Source: Candidatus Peribacteria bacterium
GTDB taxonomy: Bacteria > Patescibacteriota > Gracilibacteria > UBA1369 > LOWO2-01-FULL-3
NCBI GenBank assembly: GCA_943357285.1
Contig: CALRGJ010000006.1
Span: 10,428 to 74,427 of the forward strand
Length of the DNA: 64,000 bases
Direction: 5' to 3'
The translations under genes and the position numbers were made by a program. Position 1 is the stretch's first letter; each line of letters begins with the position of its first letter. The notes beneath the pieces are model-generated. The model saw only the letters and a list, made by a program, of their open reading frames with translations. It made no database searches and was not told the origin of the DNA. Of this stretch, positions 17,187 through 26,440 are shown in pieces.

Positions 17187-17762
17187 TTAGGCTAGGTTAG
17201 GTGATAATAAGTCTCTCAAATTTGTCATTGCCCTATGCATCACGGCTTTGACAGCGCTTTCTGAACTTTCTGTGGTCTCAGCAATTTCTTTCTGTGACAT
17301 ACCTGTGAAGTAGTACAGACTTATTACATTTTGATGCTCTGGTTTGAGAGTGGCCAAGGCATCGCTCAATTTAGTTAGTTCTTCATCTCCGAATAATGTC
17401 TTATCTAATTCCTTTAACTCTTCCTTCACATCCACTGCTAATCCTTCATGTCCTTCCGGTACGTCTTCCAAAGCAGCAGAGCTTGGGTTTCGACGCTGAT
17501 TTTTTAGCGCGTTAATAGCGATTCTATAGAGCCATACTTTGATTGATATGCCAGTCCATTTGAATTTGTGTAAGCTTTCGAAAGCTTTGATGAAGGTGTC
17601 AGCCGTTAAGTCATATGCGACCTCTGAATTGAGAGTGCGTTTGACCAGATATTTGAGAATCATCTCGTAGTAGAATTCATAGATTTTCTCAAAAGCTTGA
17701 GGGTTGTCCTTGAATTCAACTAATATCTGTTGCTGGACCTCGGAAGGAAGATCCTGGGACAT
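17187..17762 (-). CDS. ECF-type RNA polymerase sigma-70 family factor
   Basis: Region 2 (DLTADTFIKAFESLHKF...KVWLYRIAINALKNQRR) and region 4 (ISLYYFTGMSQKEIAETTESSESAVKAVMHRAMTNLR). Confidence 0.9.
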   Translation of the reverse strand: MSQDLPSEVQQQILVEFKDNPQAFEKIYEFYYEMILKYLVKRTLNSEVAYDLTADTFIKAFESLHKFKWTGISIKVWLYRIAINALKNQRRNPSSAALEDVPEGHEGLAVDVKEELKELDKTLFGDEELTKLSDALATLKPEHQNVISLYYFTGMSQKEIAETTESSESAVKAVMHRAMTNLRDLLSPNLA

Positions 17763-17794
17763 AGATATAGTTATTATGTAATTGAATTGTTGAG

Positions 17795-17832
17795 GTAGGG
17801 ATAATTTCAGTGCCCACTAAAAGCATCCCTAC
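17795..17832. promoter_or_regulatory. 8-bp inverted repeat in the divergent promoter region of the sigma gene
   Basis: GTAGGGAT (17795-17802) and ATCCCTAC (17825-17832) are separated by 22 nt. Confidence 0.25.
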
Positions 17833-17936
17833 ACTAGCAATAACACAGGGTTTTGGAAAGGTTGCGGTTTTTACTATTTATTCTCAATAAAGAGTACAAT
17901 AGAGATTCTACAAAGAATATTTTTAACCCCAGGGAT

Positions 17937-18272
17937 ATGAAACAAGATATTGATGATTTTTCTAAATTTCCCTACCTGACAGTGATTTCATCGGTAGTTA
18001 TAATTTTAATTATAAGCCTTGCACTTATTTTCAGTAGATTTATAAATAGGCCTATAATAGAAAAGACTAATCCTACTAGAGTAATTAATGATCCCGTGGA
18101 TTATTCTACACCGGATATTTTACGTAACACACCCATGGACCCCGTAAATCCAGATCGTTCCAATGGTGGACCACTATCTACAATGCCAGGTACTTCAATT
18201 GCTCCGGGAGATATTCCGGCACCAGGTTCATCAACCACGCCTACGCCATCAACGAAAGAAGTAGTAAAATAA
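17937..18272 (+). CDS. single-pass membrane protein with Pro-rich ectodomain
   Basis: I prefer the ATG at 17937 (MKQDIDDFSKF...); the ORF track starts at 17853. TM segment VISSVVIILIISLALIF, then a Pro/Thr-rich tail. Confidence 0.5.
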   Translation: MKQDIDDFSKFPYLTVISSVVIILIISLALIFSRFINRPIIEKTNPTRVINDPVDYSTPDILRNTPMDPVNPDRSNGGPLSTMPGTSIAPGDIPAPGSSTTPTPSTKEVVK

Positions 18273-18341
18273 TTTATTGGACAGATTGTAAATTTTATTC
18301 TTCTAATTGTCTATGAAAATAGGCGTTTTTATGGTATAATT

Positions 18342-20429
18342 ATGGATAAAATAAATATGAAAAATAAAAACAAAAAACAGTATTTGGCCATCGTTTTGGC
18401 CATCGGTATAATATTCACCAGCACTCAAAATGCCGACATTGGTAAGTACATTAGACCTTCGGTTTTTGTGGATTTCAGCATTGAGCAAAGTCGCAAAATT
18501 TCTATGGTAAGCAATATAGAAGAAGACCTGCTTACAGCTAGAAATGTTCTTAGAGGTTGTGATGTTGTGGTTGTGGGAGGAGGTGCCTCCGGTACGGCAG
18601 CGGCTATACAATCTGGGAGAATGGGTGTGAAGACCTGTATTATTGAACAAACAGATTGGCTGGGGGATATGCTAACAGCTTCAGGAGTCTCAGCTATTGA
18701 TGGTGACCCCGCAAAAACCTCAGGTATTTTTCGCGAATTTTTAGATAGAGTAATTAGTTATTATAAAAAAGAAGGTAAATCCGCTCAAACTCATCTTTGT
18801 CATGTAAGTCCATTTTGTTATGAGCCTTCTGTAGGAGCCGCAATTTTGAATGAGATGGTTTCAGAAGTGCCTACTTTGAAAGTTTATTACAACTCTTATG
18901 TTACCAAAGTGTACCGTGAAGGTAATTTAATTAGAGGTGTAAAATTTAAGAATAATAAGGGTGGTGACTACGTTGTCCCTGCACATGTAGTAATTGATGC
19001 TACTCAGTTTGGTGATCTGATGTATATGGCAAATATTCCTTATGACATCGGTGTAGATGAGAATTCCACCGAGTTTCATGCGAATATTACTTCTCAATGT
19101 ATTCAGCCACTCACTTTCGTCGCAGTTTTGGAATTCAAAGGTAAAGATGTAACTATTCCCGAACCTGAAAATTATAATATCAATAATTATAAATGTACTA
19201 TTCCAAATAAGCTTTGTCCCGGATCAAGCAGTCAGTTTGATATGGAGCGTCTTTTGGAATATGGACATCTCCCAAATGATAAAATGATGATCAATGTTCC
19301 AAGCCATTCATATGGTAATGATTATGATGCCTCAAGAGAAGCTCTGGATAATTTTAGTCGCGCCGATATTTTCCAAAAGGCTAAAGATTTTTCTTTGGGA
19401 TATATCTATTTTATACAGAAGGAACTTGGTTTTAATTATTATGGATTGAGCAATGAATTTGGAACTGATGATAAACTCGCAAAACTTCCATATGTGAGAG
19501 AAAGCAGACGTCTTGTGGGACAATATCGTCTCCAAGAAGAAGATGTACTTCCTGATAGTGATGGGCGTTCTAAAATTTTCTCAGATAGCATAGCAATTGG
19601 TGATTATCCAATTGATTTACACTTCTGTGAAAGAGGAAAAGGAGATTTTTATTACCCAATTCCTCCGTATCAAATTCCATATGGAGTGACAGTGCCTAAG
19701 GAAATTGATGGATTTCTTGTTGCTGGTCAAAATATCTCAGTGAGTCACATCGTAAATGGTACTACAAGAATGCAGCCCGTAGTAATGCAGTTGGGACAAG
19801 CTGTCGGAATGGCCTCTGCTCTTTCCGTAATTAATGATGTTCAGCCTCGCAATGTTCCAATTTTAGAACTACAAGAAAAATTAATTAATGCGGGATCAAA
19901 GGTTCTATATTTTAGCGATGTGAATACTGACAGTTTTTCTTATCCATACGTTACCAAACTTGCTTTGAAAAACATTCTTCGCGGTTACAACGATTTTTCT
20001 TTCAAGCCAAATGTTGCAATCAATAATTATGATATGACCATGATGTTCGCTAAGGCTTCAGCTCTTACCGAATATCAACAATTTAACGAGAATACAACTT
20101 TTGAATATGAAGACGCCCTAGCCTTATTAAAAGAAAAAAACATTTTTGATAAATCGTTAGATTTATCAAAAGTAGAAAAACCTGTTACCAGAGAGGAATT
20201 GGCGCATGTAATTTCTAGATTTGTAGATCCAACCGGTAAACACACAGCTTCTAGCAAAAACTTTAGCGACGTTACTAAAAAGAGTCGATTTCAAGCTGAT
20301 ATATCAAAGCTCGCCAGCCTGGACATAGTAAGTTCTAAACATGATAAATTCAGACCAGGAGATGTGGCAACTCGTGCTGAAGCGGTGACCATGCTTGGCA
20401 AAGCCATGGAGTATTCATCATCACTTTAG
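18342..20429 (+). CDS. exported FAD-dependent oxidoreductase with C-terminal SLH repeats
   Basis: Signal peptide. Dinucleotide-binding motif VVVVGGGASGTAAAIQSGRMG. C-terminal SLH-like repeats (FSDVNTDSFSYPYVTKLALKNILRGY..F.P; FSDVTKKSRFQADISKLASLDIV...FRPGDVATRAEAVTMLGKAM). Confidence 0.8.
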   Translation: MDKINMKNKNKKQYLAIVLAIGIIFTSTQNADIGKYIRPSVFVDFSIEQSRKISMVSNIEEDLLTARNVLRGCDVVVVGGGASGTAAAIQSGRMGVKTCIIEQTDWLGDMLTASGVSAIDGDPAKTSGIFREFLDRVISYYKKEGKSAQTHLCHVSPFCYEPSVGAAILNEMVSEVPTLKVYYNSYVTKVYREGNLIRGVKFKNNKGGDYVVPAHVVIDATQFGDLMYMANIPYDIGVDENSTEFHANITSQCIQPLTFVAVLEFKGKDVTIPEPENYNINNYKCTIPNKLCPGSSSQFDMERLLEYGHLPNDKMMINVPSHSYGNDYDASREALDNFSRADIFQKAKDFSLGYIYFIQKELGFNYYGLSNEFGTDDKLAKLPYVRESRRLVGQYRLQEEDVLPDSDGRSKIFSDSIAIGDYPIDLHFCERGKGDFYYPIPPYQIPYGVTVPKEIDGFLVAGQNISVSHIVNGTTRMQPVVMQLGQAVGMASALSVINDVQPRNVPILELQEKLINAGSKVLYFSDVNTDSFSYPYVTKLALKNILRGYNDFSFKPNVAINNYDMTMMFAKASALTEYQQFNENTTFEYEDALALLKEKNIFDKSLDLSKVEKPVTREELAHVISRFVDPTGKHTASSKNFSDVTKKSRFQADISKLASLDIVSSKHDKFRPGDVATRAEAVTMLGKAMEYSSSL

Positions 20430-20434
20430 TTTAG

Positions 20435-22153
20435 CTAATTTTGAGGAATTCTTTGTACTGCAGTTATACTTCGCGGATTTGGAGTAATAATATTTCCATC
20501 AAGATCTTTAATACCTTTCAGAATGATTTTGTAATGTTCCTCATTTTGATATGTCATGCCACCCATGTTTATCCAAACTGTGGGACCTGCCTGTTGAATA
20601 TCCAAAATTTTTATCACATCAGTTTCTTCCTTAACATTTTTATTGCTGTCCTCAATTACAAAATTGCTATCATTCAGTGGAGCCACGTCTTTATTGAAAG
20701 TGATAGTCAATTTGCTCAGAGAATCAATGTTTTGATAAATGGCATATGGAGGTCTATTTCCTTTTTTGAAACTCAAATTAAAGCTCAAGTCATTGTCAGG
20801 ATTTCCATTGTATAAAGCGAAATTCTCCTTAGTTTGGAAATTGTCTGAGGATAATGAATAATCATTTGGAAGGGTTACTATCACCGAATATGTATCATTT
20901 TCAGCTCCAGCTTGTTTTGGAATATATAAAGAATATTTATCATCTTTAATTAATTCCGAAGGCAAATCATAGGTTAGAGAAAAAGATTTTTCCTCACCCG
21001 GTTTCATTTTTACAAAGCCTTCATATACATGCAAATAACCTTCATCATGCTCACTAAAATCTTCAAGAGCAGATTTGTCGGAAGCATCGAGGTCGGCTTC
21101 TTGAGGCACATACAAACGTAAAAACCCATTGTAGTCACCACTTATTGGAATATTTTGTGTGCCAAAATACTTTAAAGTTATTTTTGTTGTCGCTGTTAGT
21201 TTATAGTCAGCAGATGGAGATTTTTTTTCAATTTTAAGGTTGTAGTCGATATTTTTTGAAATATATCTGTCCGCTTTTAAACCACCAAGATTGGCTGTAT
21301 TTAAAGCCAATAAATCACTTTCTGGTTTTTCTTCCCAGGCTCCTGACCAACCTCTTTTCAGGGCCATTTTTTGCAATGATTCATCTTTGAAATAAATCTG
21401 AATATCTTTTTTATCCAAGCTTTTGTGAACTACTTTTATTGTATCACTTAGCAGTAGGGGATGAAGTACAATTTTTTTGATTAGCTCCTTACTGAAATCT
21501 TTTAATATATCTTTGCGATTTTCCAAATCCTTCAGGCTATGTCTATCAATGTCATTCACTGAATATTCCAGCGTGGAAAAAAGAGAATTTTTATCAAATT
21601 CAGTTCCGCCCACTTCCACTGTACCAATCTCACCTAGTAAATTTTCAATAAAAGAATAATTAATGGCAACAACTCCATCAACTTCTAAATCCTTTTGAGT
21701 CAATTTAAGCATTTTTTCTAAATTCTTTGCCGAATACCTAAAGTCCGGAGAAAAATTAGCATCTCTAAATGAGTAGCTTAATTTTCTGCCGTCTTTATCC
21801 AGCATTGTATTCAAAGGATATGGAGGCTCTATATAGGTATGCTGGTCTGTTGTGCCATATACATTGCTTATTTGTAGGTTGCTGAAGACACCGTGCTTGA
21901 ATTCCATCAACCCATACGCAGTAATAAATCCTCCGGCAGGCCTCAATTCATTATTATTTTGAAAAACAACCAAGTAGGTTTTTTCTCCACCTGGGAATCC
22001 GGAAATTTTTGCATACTCACTAATAATTTTATAATCACCAATTTCATAGCCAATCCATAAAAGTACGGCTACTCCAATACCCACAAAGGCAAGCACCATA
22101 AATAAGCATACTTTCAGCAGTGCTTTAAGGATTTTACGTACCCGGATGGTCAT
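20435..22153 (-). CDS. DUF4012 domain-containing membrane protein with C-terminal Ig-like domain
   Basis: N-terminal TM. The NNELRPAGGFITAYG motif is characteristic of DUF4012. The C-terminal ~90 aa are beta-rich and resemble an SbsA-type Ig-like domain. Confidence 0.75.
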   Translation of the reverse strand: MTIRVRKILKALLKVCLFMVLAFVGIGVAVLLWIGYEIGDYKIISEYAKISGFPGGEKTYLVVFQNNNELRPAGGFITAYGLMEFKHGVFSNLQISNVYGTTDQHTYIEPPYPLNTMLDKDGRKLSYSFRDANFSPDFRYSAKNLEKMLKLTQKDLEVDGVVAINYSFIENLLGEIGTVEVGGTEFDKNSLFSTLEYSVNDIDRHSLKDLENRKDILKDFSKELIKKIVLHPLLLSDTIKVVHKSLDKKDIQIYFKDESLQKMALKRGWSGAWEEKPESDLLALNTANLGGLKADRYISKNIDYNLKIEKKSPSADYKLTATTKITLKYFGTQNIPISGDYNGFLRLYVPQEADLDASDKSALEDFSEHDEGYLHVYEGFVKMKPGEEKSFSLTYDLPSELIKDDKYSLYIPKQAGAENDTYSVIVTLPNDYSLSSDNFQTKENFALYNGNPDNDLSFNLSFKKGNRPPYAIYQNIDSLSKLTITFNKDVAPLNDSNFVIEDSNKNVKEETDVIKILDIQQAGPTVWINMGGMTYQNEEHYKIILKGIKDLDGNIITPNPRSITAVQRIPQN

Positions 22154-22167
22154 TATAATTTTTGAAA

Positions 22168-24567
22168 TTATTTAACTACGAATCCCACGATTCTTCCCGG
22201 TACATATATTTCTTTTATCACTTGTCCCTGAGTGAGATATTTTAAAACATTCTCATTGGCACGAGCTAATTTGATTGCTTCTTCTTGAGTGGAATCCTTG
22301 TTTATCTCTATTTCACCTCGGACTTTACCGTTGACTTGTACACCAATTTTTACAGTATCATCTACCGTGAATTTAGCATCATATTTTGGCCACTTTGAAT
22401 CAAAAACACTGAATTTCCCACCAAGTTTAGCCCAGCATTCTTCAGCCAGATGAGGTGCCAAAGGCGCAATCACCTGAGCTGCAATTTTTTTGCTGGCTTT
22501 ATCCAATCCATTTTTTAAACCAAAATTTGTAAATTCCATTAAAGATGCAACCGCAGTATTGAAATGAAATTTTTCTATATCTTCTGTGATCTTTTTAATC
22601 AATTTATGTACTGAAATTTTCATGGCTTTGGCATCCAAAACTTTTGTTTCTTTAGCTTCTAGCATAGTCCAGAATCTTTCCACGAATCTCGCTAGACCTG
22701 TAATACCTTTATCGCTCCAATCGCCACCATCGGTGAATGGTCCCATAAACATTAAGTACATTCTAAACACATCGCTGCCGTATTTTTCCACAAATTCATC
22801 AGGACTTACGGCATTGCCTTTAGATTTACTCATCTTTGCGCCGTTCTTTGTAATCAAACCTTGATGCACCAATTTTTTAAATGGTTCAGCTTTTGTATCA
22901 TTCATTAAAACTTTATGAATAAAACGAGCATATAAAAGATGCATACAAGCATGCTCAGGGCCACCTATATACATATCTACCGGCATCCATTTTTTAATCA
23001 TTTTCATGTCAAAAGCCTGCTTCTTATCCTTTGCGCTCAAGTATCTTAGATAATACCAGCTTGAACAGATGAACGTATCCATAGTGTCTACTTCACGATT
23101 TGCTTTGCCCTTACATTTAGGACACTTAGTATTCACGAATCTAGGAACTGAAGCCAAAGGAGCTTTTCCTTTCGGCTTATAATCCACGTTCCCAATCGGC
23201 AATACTACCGGTAAATCTTTATCTGGGACAGGAACTTCTCCGCATTTTGGACAATTGATAATTGGAATTGGTGCACCCCAATATCTTTGTCTGCTTAATA
23301 ACCAATCTCTTAATTTATAATTTATTGCTCTTTGTCCAAAGCCTTTTCCTTCCAAGAAATCTATGATTTTAGGTAAAGCTTCGCGGTTATTCATTCCATT
23401 AAAACCTGCAGAATCAAACAAAATTCCATCAGCAGTATATGCACCCTGGAAATCTTTTGGATCTATTTTTTCTCCATTTTCTGAGATAACAAATTTCAAA
23501 GGAATGCTGTATTTTCTGGCAAATTCAAAATCTCTTTGGTCATGAGCATCGGCCATCACTATTCCTGTTCCATACATCAAAGCAAAGTTTGCTACATATA
23601 CCGGAATCTTTGCGCCATTTACTGGATTGATTACATATTTCCCGGTGAAGCAACCAATTTTATCTTTACCTGTATCTGAAGTTCTTTCAATAATACTTTG
23701 ACGATTAATCACTTTGCGAATTTCCTTTACCTCTTGCTCGTATTTAGTGCCCTTTACTAGTCCATCCAAGAGAGGATGTTCAGGCGCCATGACCACAAAA
23801 GTTACACTATAAATAGTATCGGGACGAGTAGTATATGCAGTCAAAACATCATCACCATCTTCAAGTCTAAAATGAATATTGCAACCACTACTTTTTCCAA
23901 TCCAGTTCTTTTGCATTATTTTGGTTTTTTCAGGCCAATCCAATTCAGCATTATCTAATAATGCTTCAGAGTAATCGCTGATTTTGAAAAACCACTGATA
24001 AAGATTTTTTTGAATAATAATTGTGCTACATCGATCGCATTTTCCATCTTGTACCTGCTCATTTGCAAGTACTGTCTGACAGCTGGAACACCAATTCACA
24101 GGAGCGTCTTTCTTGTAAGCTAAGCCCTTTTTGTACAACTGTAAAAACACCCACTGACTCCATTTGTAGTAGTCAGGTCTAGATGTGGCAACTGTCTTAT
24201 CCCAATCATACATCGTGCCCATTGCACCAAGCTGTTTGATCATGGATACAATATTTTTTTCAGTACTTTTTTGTGGTGGTACTCCAGTCTTAATCGCATA
24301 ATTTTCAGCAGGTAATCCAAAACTATCAAAACCCATAGGTTCAAATACATTAAATCCTGTCATTCTTTTATAACGTCCCCAGCTGTCTGCAGGTGCAAAA
24401 TTATACCAATGTCCCACATGTAGTTTATCTCCAGATGGATAGGGGAACATTACCAGATTGTAGTATTTAGGTTTTTTGCTAGCTAGATTTACCTTGTACA
24501 ATTTTGAGGAATTCCACTTTTTTTGCCATTTTTGCTCAGTGGCTCTGGCTTTATAGGAAGAAGACAT
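22168..24567 (-). CDS. leuS: leucine--tRNA ligase
   Basis: EQKWQKKW start, the HIGH variant (PYPSGDKLHVGH), the KMSKS motif (GAKMSKSKGN) and zinc-type CxxC pairs. Confidence 0.97.
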   Translation of the reverse strand: MSSSYKARATEQKWQKKWNSSKLYKVNLASKKPKYYNLVMFPYPSGDKLHVGHWYNFAPADSWGRYKRMTGFNVFEPMGFDSFGLPAENYAIKTGVPPQKSTEKNIVSMIKQLGAMGTMYDWDKTVATSRPDYYKWSQWVFLQLYKKGLAYKKDAPVNWCSSCQTVLANEQVQDGKCDRCSTIIIQKNLYQWFFKISDYSEALLDNAELDWPEKTKIMQKNWIGKSSGCNIHFRLEDGDDVLTAYTTRPDTIYSVTFVVMAPEHPLLDGLVKGTKYEQEVKEIRKVINRQSIIERTSDTGKDKIGCFTGKYVINPVNGAKIPVYVANFALMYGTGIVMADAHDQRDFEFARKYSIPLKFVISENGEKIDPKDFQGAYTADGILFDSAGFNGMNNREALPKIIDFLEGKGFGQRAINYKLRDWLLSRQRYWGAPIPIINCPKCGEVPVPDKDLPVVLPIGNVDYKPKGKAPLASVPRFVNTKCPKCKGKANREVDTMDTFICSSWYYLRYLSAKDKKQAFDMKMIKKWMPVDMYIGGPEHACMHLLYARFIHKVLMNDTKAEPFKKLVHQGLITKNGAKMSKSKGNAVSPDEFVEKYGSDVFRMYLMFMGPFTDGGDWSDKGITGLARFVERFWTMLEAKETKVLDAKAMKISVHKLIKKITEDIEKFHFNTAVASLMEFTNFGLKNGLDKASKKIAAQVIAPLAPHLAEECWAKLGGKFSVFDSKWPKYDAKFTVDDTVKIGVQVNGKVRGEIEINKDSTQEEAIKLARANENVLKYLTQGQVIKEIYVPGRIVGFVVK

Positions 24568-24592
24568 AAAAAAACCGTTAATATTTAACGGG
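24568..24592 (-). terminator. hairpin plus T7 abutting the leuS ATG (terminator of the upstream gene or an attenuator)
   Basis: Minus strand: CCGTTAA-ata-TTAACGG, then TTTTTTT, then ATG at 24567. Confidence 0.45.
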
Positions 24593-24653
24593 GTGAATTC
24601 TACTCGCAGACGCTATCGTAAGCAAGAATTTACATGTCTTTAATAGCCTCTAA

Positions 24654-25319
24654 TTAGTAATTAAAACTCAACTTAACTAATAATTTATTTCCTTGTTCAT
24701 TTACGTCTTCAATTTTTGGATAAATACTATCCATCCACTCACTTTTAATTCCTTCTTCATGTTCTGATTTAACTTCTTTTGTATCTGATTTTTCATCAGT
24801 GCCATCAACCTTATCGGTAATGTCTTTCACCGTAAAATTGATTCCAGTGATTTTACCTTCACTATTTTTCACACTTTTAGCACTTAGGATAATGAGTTTT
24901 TCTTTTTCCTGGTCCGCACTCACCCTTATTGGCCCAATTGAATCAATTGAATGAGAACTTTCTGCGAGTTTTCCAAGCACTTCCGACATTTCTGAGAAAT
25001 CCTCTTTATCAACATACTTATATATAGGCTGCTTAATTAAGTCTGGACACTTTTGATTAAGCAAAGAACAAAAATCCTTTCCAACTACTGTAATATTTCC
25101 ACTTACATCAGTAGAAAAACCGCTTTTATTTACTTCATTAACTACTGCTTCAGTGGCACCATGTTCTCCTGCGCTACTACCTCCATGTGATCCTGCACCC
25201 ATAACATTTGCAGCACCTTTAATATCTCCTCCTAAAAAGAAAATCATTGTGGAGAAAGATACAGCGAACAGTGCCATGGCGGAAATAGCTATCTTTTTGT
25301 TTTGAGAGTATTTGACCAT
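24654..25319 (-). CDS. membrane-anchored hypothetical protein (PAS-like fold possible)
   Basis: N-terminal TM (IAISAMALFAVSFSTMIFFLGG), a Gly/Ser linker, then an alpha/beta region and an acidic tail. No firm family. Confidence 0.55.
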   Translation of the reverse strand: MVKYSQNKKIAISAMALFAVSFSTMIFFLGGDIKGAANVMGAGSHGGSSAGEHGATEAVVNEVNKSGFSTDVSGNITVVGKDFCSLLNQKCPDLIKQPIYKYVDKEDFSEMSEVLGKLAESSHSIDSIGPIRVSADQEKEKLIILSAKSVKNSEGKITGINFTVKDITDKVDGTDEKSDTKEVKSEHEEGIKSEWMDSIYPKIEDVNEQGNKLLVKLSFNY

Positions 25320-25406
25320 TTATTTTTTGTTTTTGAGTACTTGCTATTTATTTAAATATATTATATAATATAACTAACGATATGTCAAACAAATAACAAA
25401 ACAAAA

Positions 25407-25853
25407 ATGAGTGATACAAATTCATCAATGTTACTGCCAATACTAAAGCAGATACCTCTTTTTGCTACTTTGGATGAGAACTCTCATAAAGAGATTATTG
25501 CTCACATAGTGCTAATGTACTATCCGGCAAATTATCAGCTTTTTAAGGAAGGGGATGAGGGAGATGCTTTATATATAGTTAAAAAGGGACAAGTGAGCAT
25601 TTATCACGAGCCAAAAGAGGCTGGGGATTTGCCCAAGAAAGTTGCTGAAATTAATGATGGTGGTTTTTTCGGTGAAATGGCTCTTGTATCTGATCAGCCA
25701 CGTAATGCCGCTGCTAAAGCCATAACTGAAGCCGAAGTATTTATCTTGAGTAAAGCAGACTTTAGAAAGTTATTGGAAACGAATACTTCTCTTGCTGAAC
25801 AGATTAGCGCCACTATGGTGGATCGTATTAAACAAAATGACCTCACAAAATAA
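25407..25853 (+). CDS. stand-alone cyclic nucleotide-binding domain protein
   Basis: cNMP-binding cassette GDEGDALYIVKKGQV...FFGEMALVSDQPRNAAAKA. No HTH or other output domain. Confidence 0.85.
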   Translation: MSDTNSSMLLPILKQIPLFATLDENSHKEIIAHIVLMYYPANYQLFKEGDEGDALYIVKKGQVSIYHEPKEAGDLPKKVAEINDGGFFGEMALVSDQPRNAAAKAITEAEVFILSKADFRKLLETNTSLAEQISATMVDRIKQNDLTK

Positions 25854-26440
25854 TGATTTTAGGATATTTAATTTTGGCCCATCTTTTAGCTGACTTTGTT
25901 TTCCAGCCTACCAAACTGGTTCTTTGGAAAATAAGAAGTAAATATGGTGTCTTGGTACACGTATTAGTACACTTCGTTGTAAATTTAATAGTTCTATCAC
26001 CATTTATTGTAAATGGGCATTATTGGCCTATAGGAGCTGCATTTGTAATCTGTTTTCTACACTTTTGGATTGATCAGGCCAAAATTAGTTACGATCTTGA
26101 ACACGATAAAAAGATAATGGCGTTTTTAATGGATCAGCTTATCCATCTCCTTGTAATGATGGTGGTGTATTTCTTTGTTCAAAATTTGACTCTGAGCCTG
26201 CCTCTTAGCAGCTTTTATCAATTTTATTCAGACATTAGAATTGTGATTTTCTTCTCTTTCCTCATCTTGTGTAGTAGTGCAGTTGAAATTTATCGTTTTC
26301 AAAAAGTACGCGAGAAAAAGCACAACGCTACTTTAAAAATGCATCCTCGTAATATTGCTCTAAGAATTTTTGTTTTCTCCTTAGTCTACATCCTTTTTAT
26401 GGTTCTAAGTTACTTTGCTCGATTTCCTCATGTTCAGTAG
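25853..26440 (+). CDS. DUF3307-like integral membrane protein
   Basis: The N-terminal AHLLADFVFQP motif plus multiple TM helices. Its ATG shares one nucleotide (25853) with the upstream TAA, so the two genes are translationally coupled. Confidence 0.65.
   Translation: MILGYLILAHLLADFVFQPTKLVLWKIRSKYGVLVHVLVHFVVNLIVLSPFIVNGHYWPIGAAFVICFLHFWIDQAKISYDLEHDKKIMAFLMDQLIHLLVMMVVYFFVQNLTLSLPLSSFYQFYSDIRIVIFFSFLILCSSAVEIYRFQKVREKKHNATLKMHPRNIALRIFVFSLVYILFMVLSYFARFPHVQ

Noticed and set aside
24568-24653. T-box leader upstream of leuS
   Set aside because: Only 86 nt are available, and there is no specifier loop or T-box consensus. The single hairpin is explained as a terminator.
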